Shown here: positions 63,916-64,000 of the stretch, piece after piece
How the letters are laid out: the number at the start of each line of letters is the position of its first letter
Position numbering within the stretch: position 1 is the stretch's first letter
From: Vicugna vicugna
Taxonomy: Eukaryota
Length of the DNA: 64,000 nt
NCBI GenBank assembly: GCA_013265495.1
Contig: MU058824.1
Coordinates: forward strand, 3,003,111-3,067,110
Reading direction: 5' to 3'
The notes under the pieces: generated by a model
Told to the model about the DNA's origin: nothing
The model's input: the letters and a program-made list of their open reading frames with translations, nothing else
The model's database searches: none
Position numbers and translations under genes: made by a program

Positions 63916-64000
63916 ATCTAAATGTATCTCAACTGCAGCTGTAGAAATACCAAACCTTATTTATCTTTGTCCCTTGAGCTCTAGTACTGGACTAGGCATT

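Larger units (their letters stand above)
61215..64000 (-). other. Probable 3' UTR of a convergent gene (DCAF10 by synteny)
   Basis: Minus-strand AATAAA (TTTATT 61234-61239, more near 63190-63400) in AT-rich sequence. Gene identity comes only from the recalled order SHB-SLC25A51-DCAF10. Confidence 0.35.

Overview
Mammalian genomic DNA, most likely a camelid (two tRNA-derived SINEs of the camelid Vic-1 type, both with target-site duplications). On the + strand it holds the last two coding exons of SHB (SH2 domain), separated by a 22.4-kb intron, and the SHB 3' UTR. Next comes SLC25A51/MCART1 (mitochondrial NAD+ carrier), with a CpG-island first exon and a single-exon 297-aa CDS at 52795-53688. 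The right end is probably the 3' UTR of a convergent gene (DCAF10 by recalled synteny). The rest is MIR, L2, L1, hAT and LTR relics. The main unexpected signal lies in SLC25A51 intron 1. Manual translation gives a long, colinear, decayed endogenous bornavirus-like element: glycoprotein G remnant (about 41750-42733) followed directly by polymerase L remnant (about 42740-44370, resuming at about 48050-48800). An old L1 carrying nested MIR, LTR and SINE insertions, plus an L2 fragment, interrupts it. Part of the viral G sequence has strong splice sites and may be exonized into the SLC25A51 5' UTR. The viral assignment rests on comparison with Borna disease virus proteins recalled from memory and needs tBLASTn/HMM confirmation. 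I cannot tell whether this locus is already catalogued. Most ORF-track entries are spurious.
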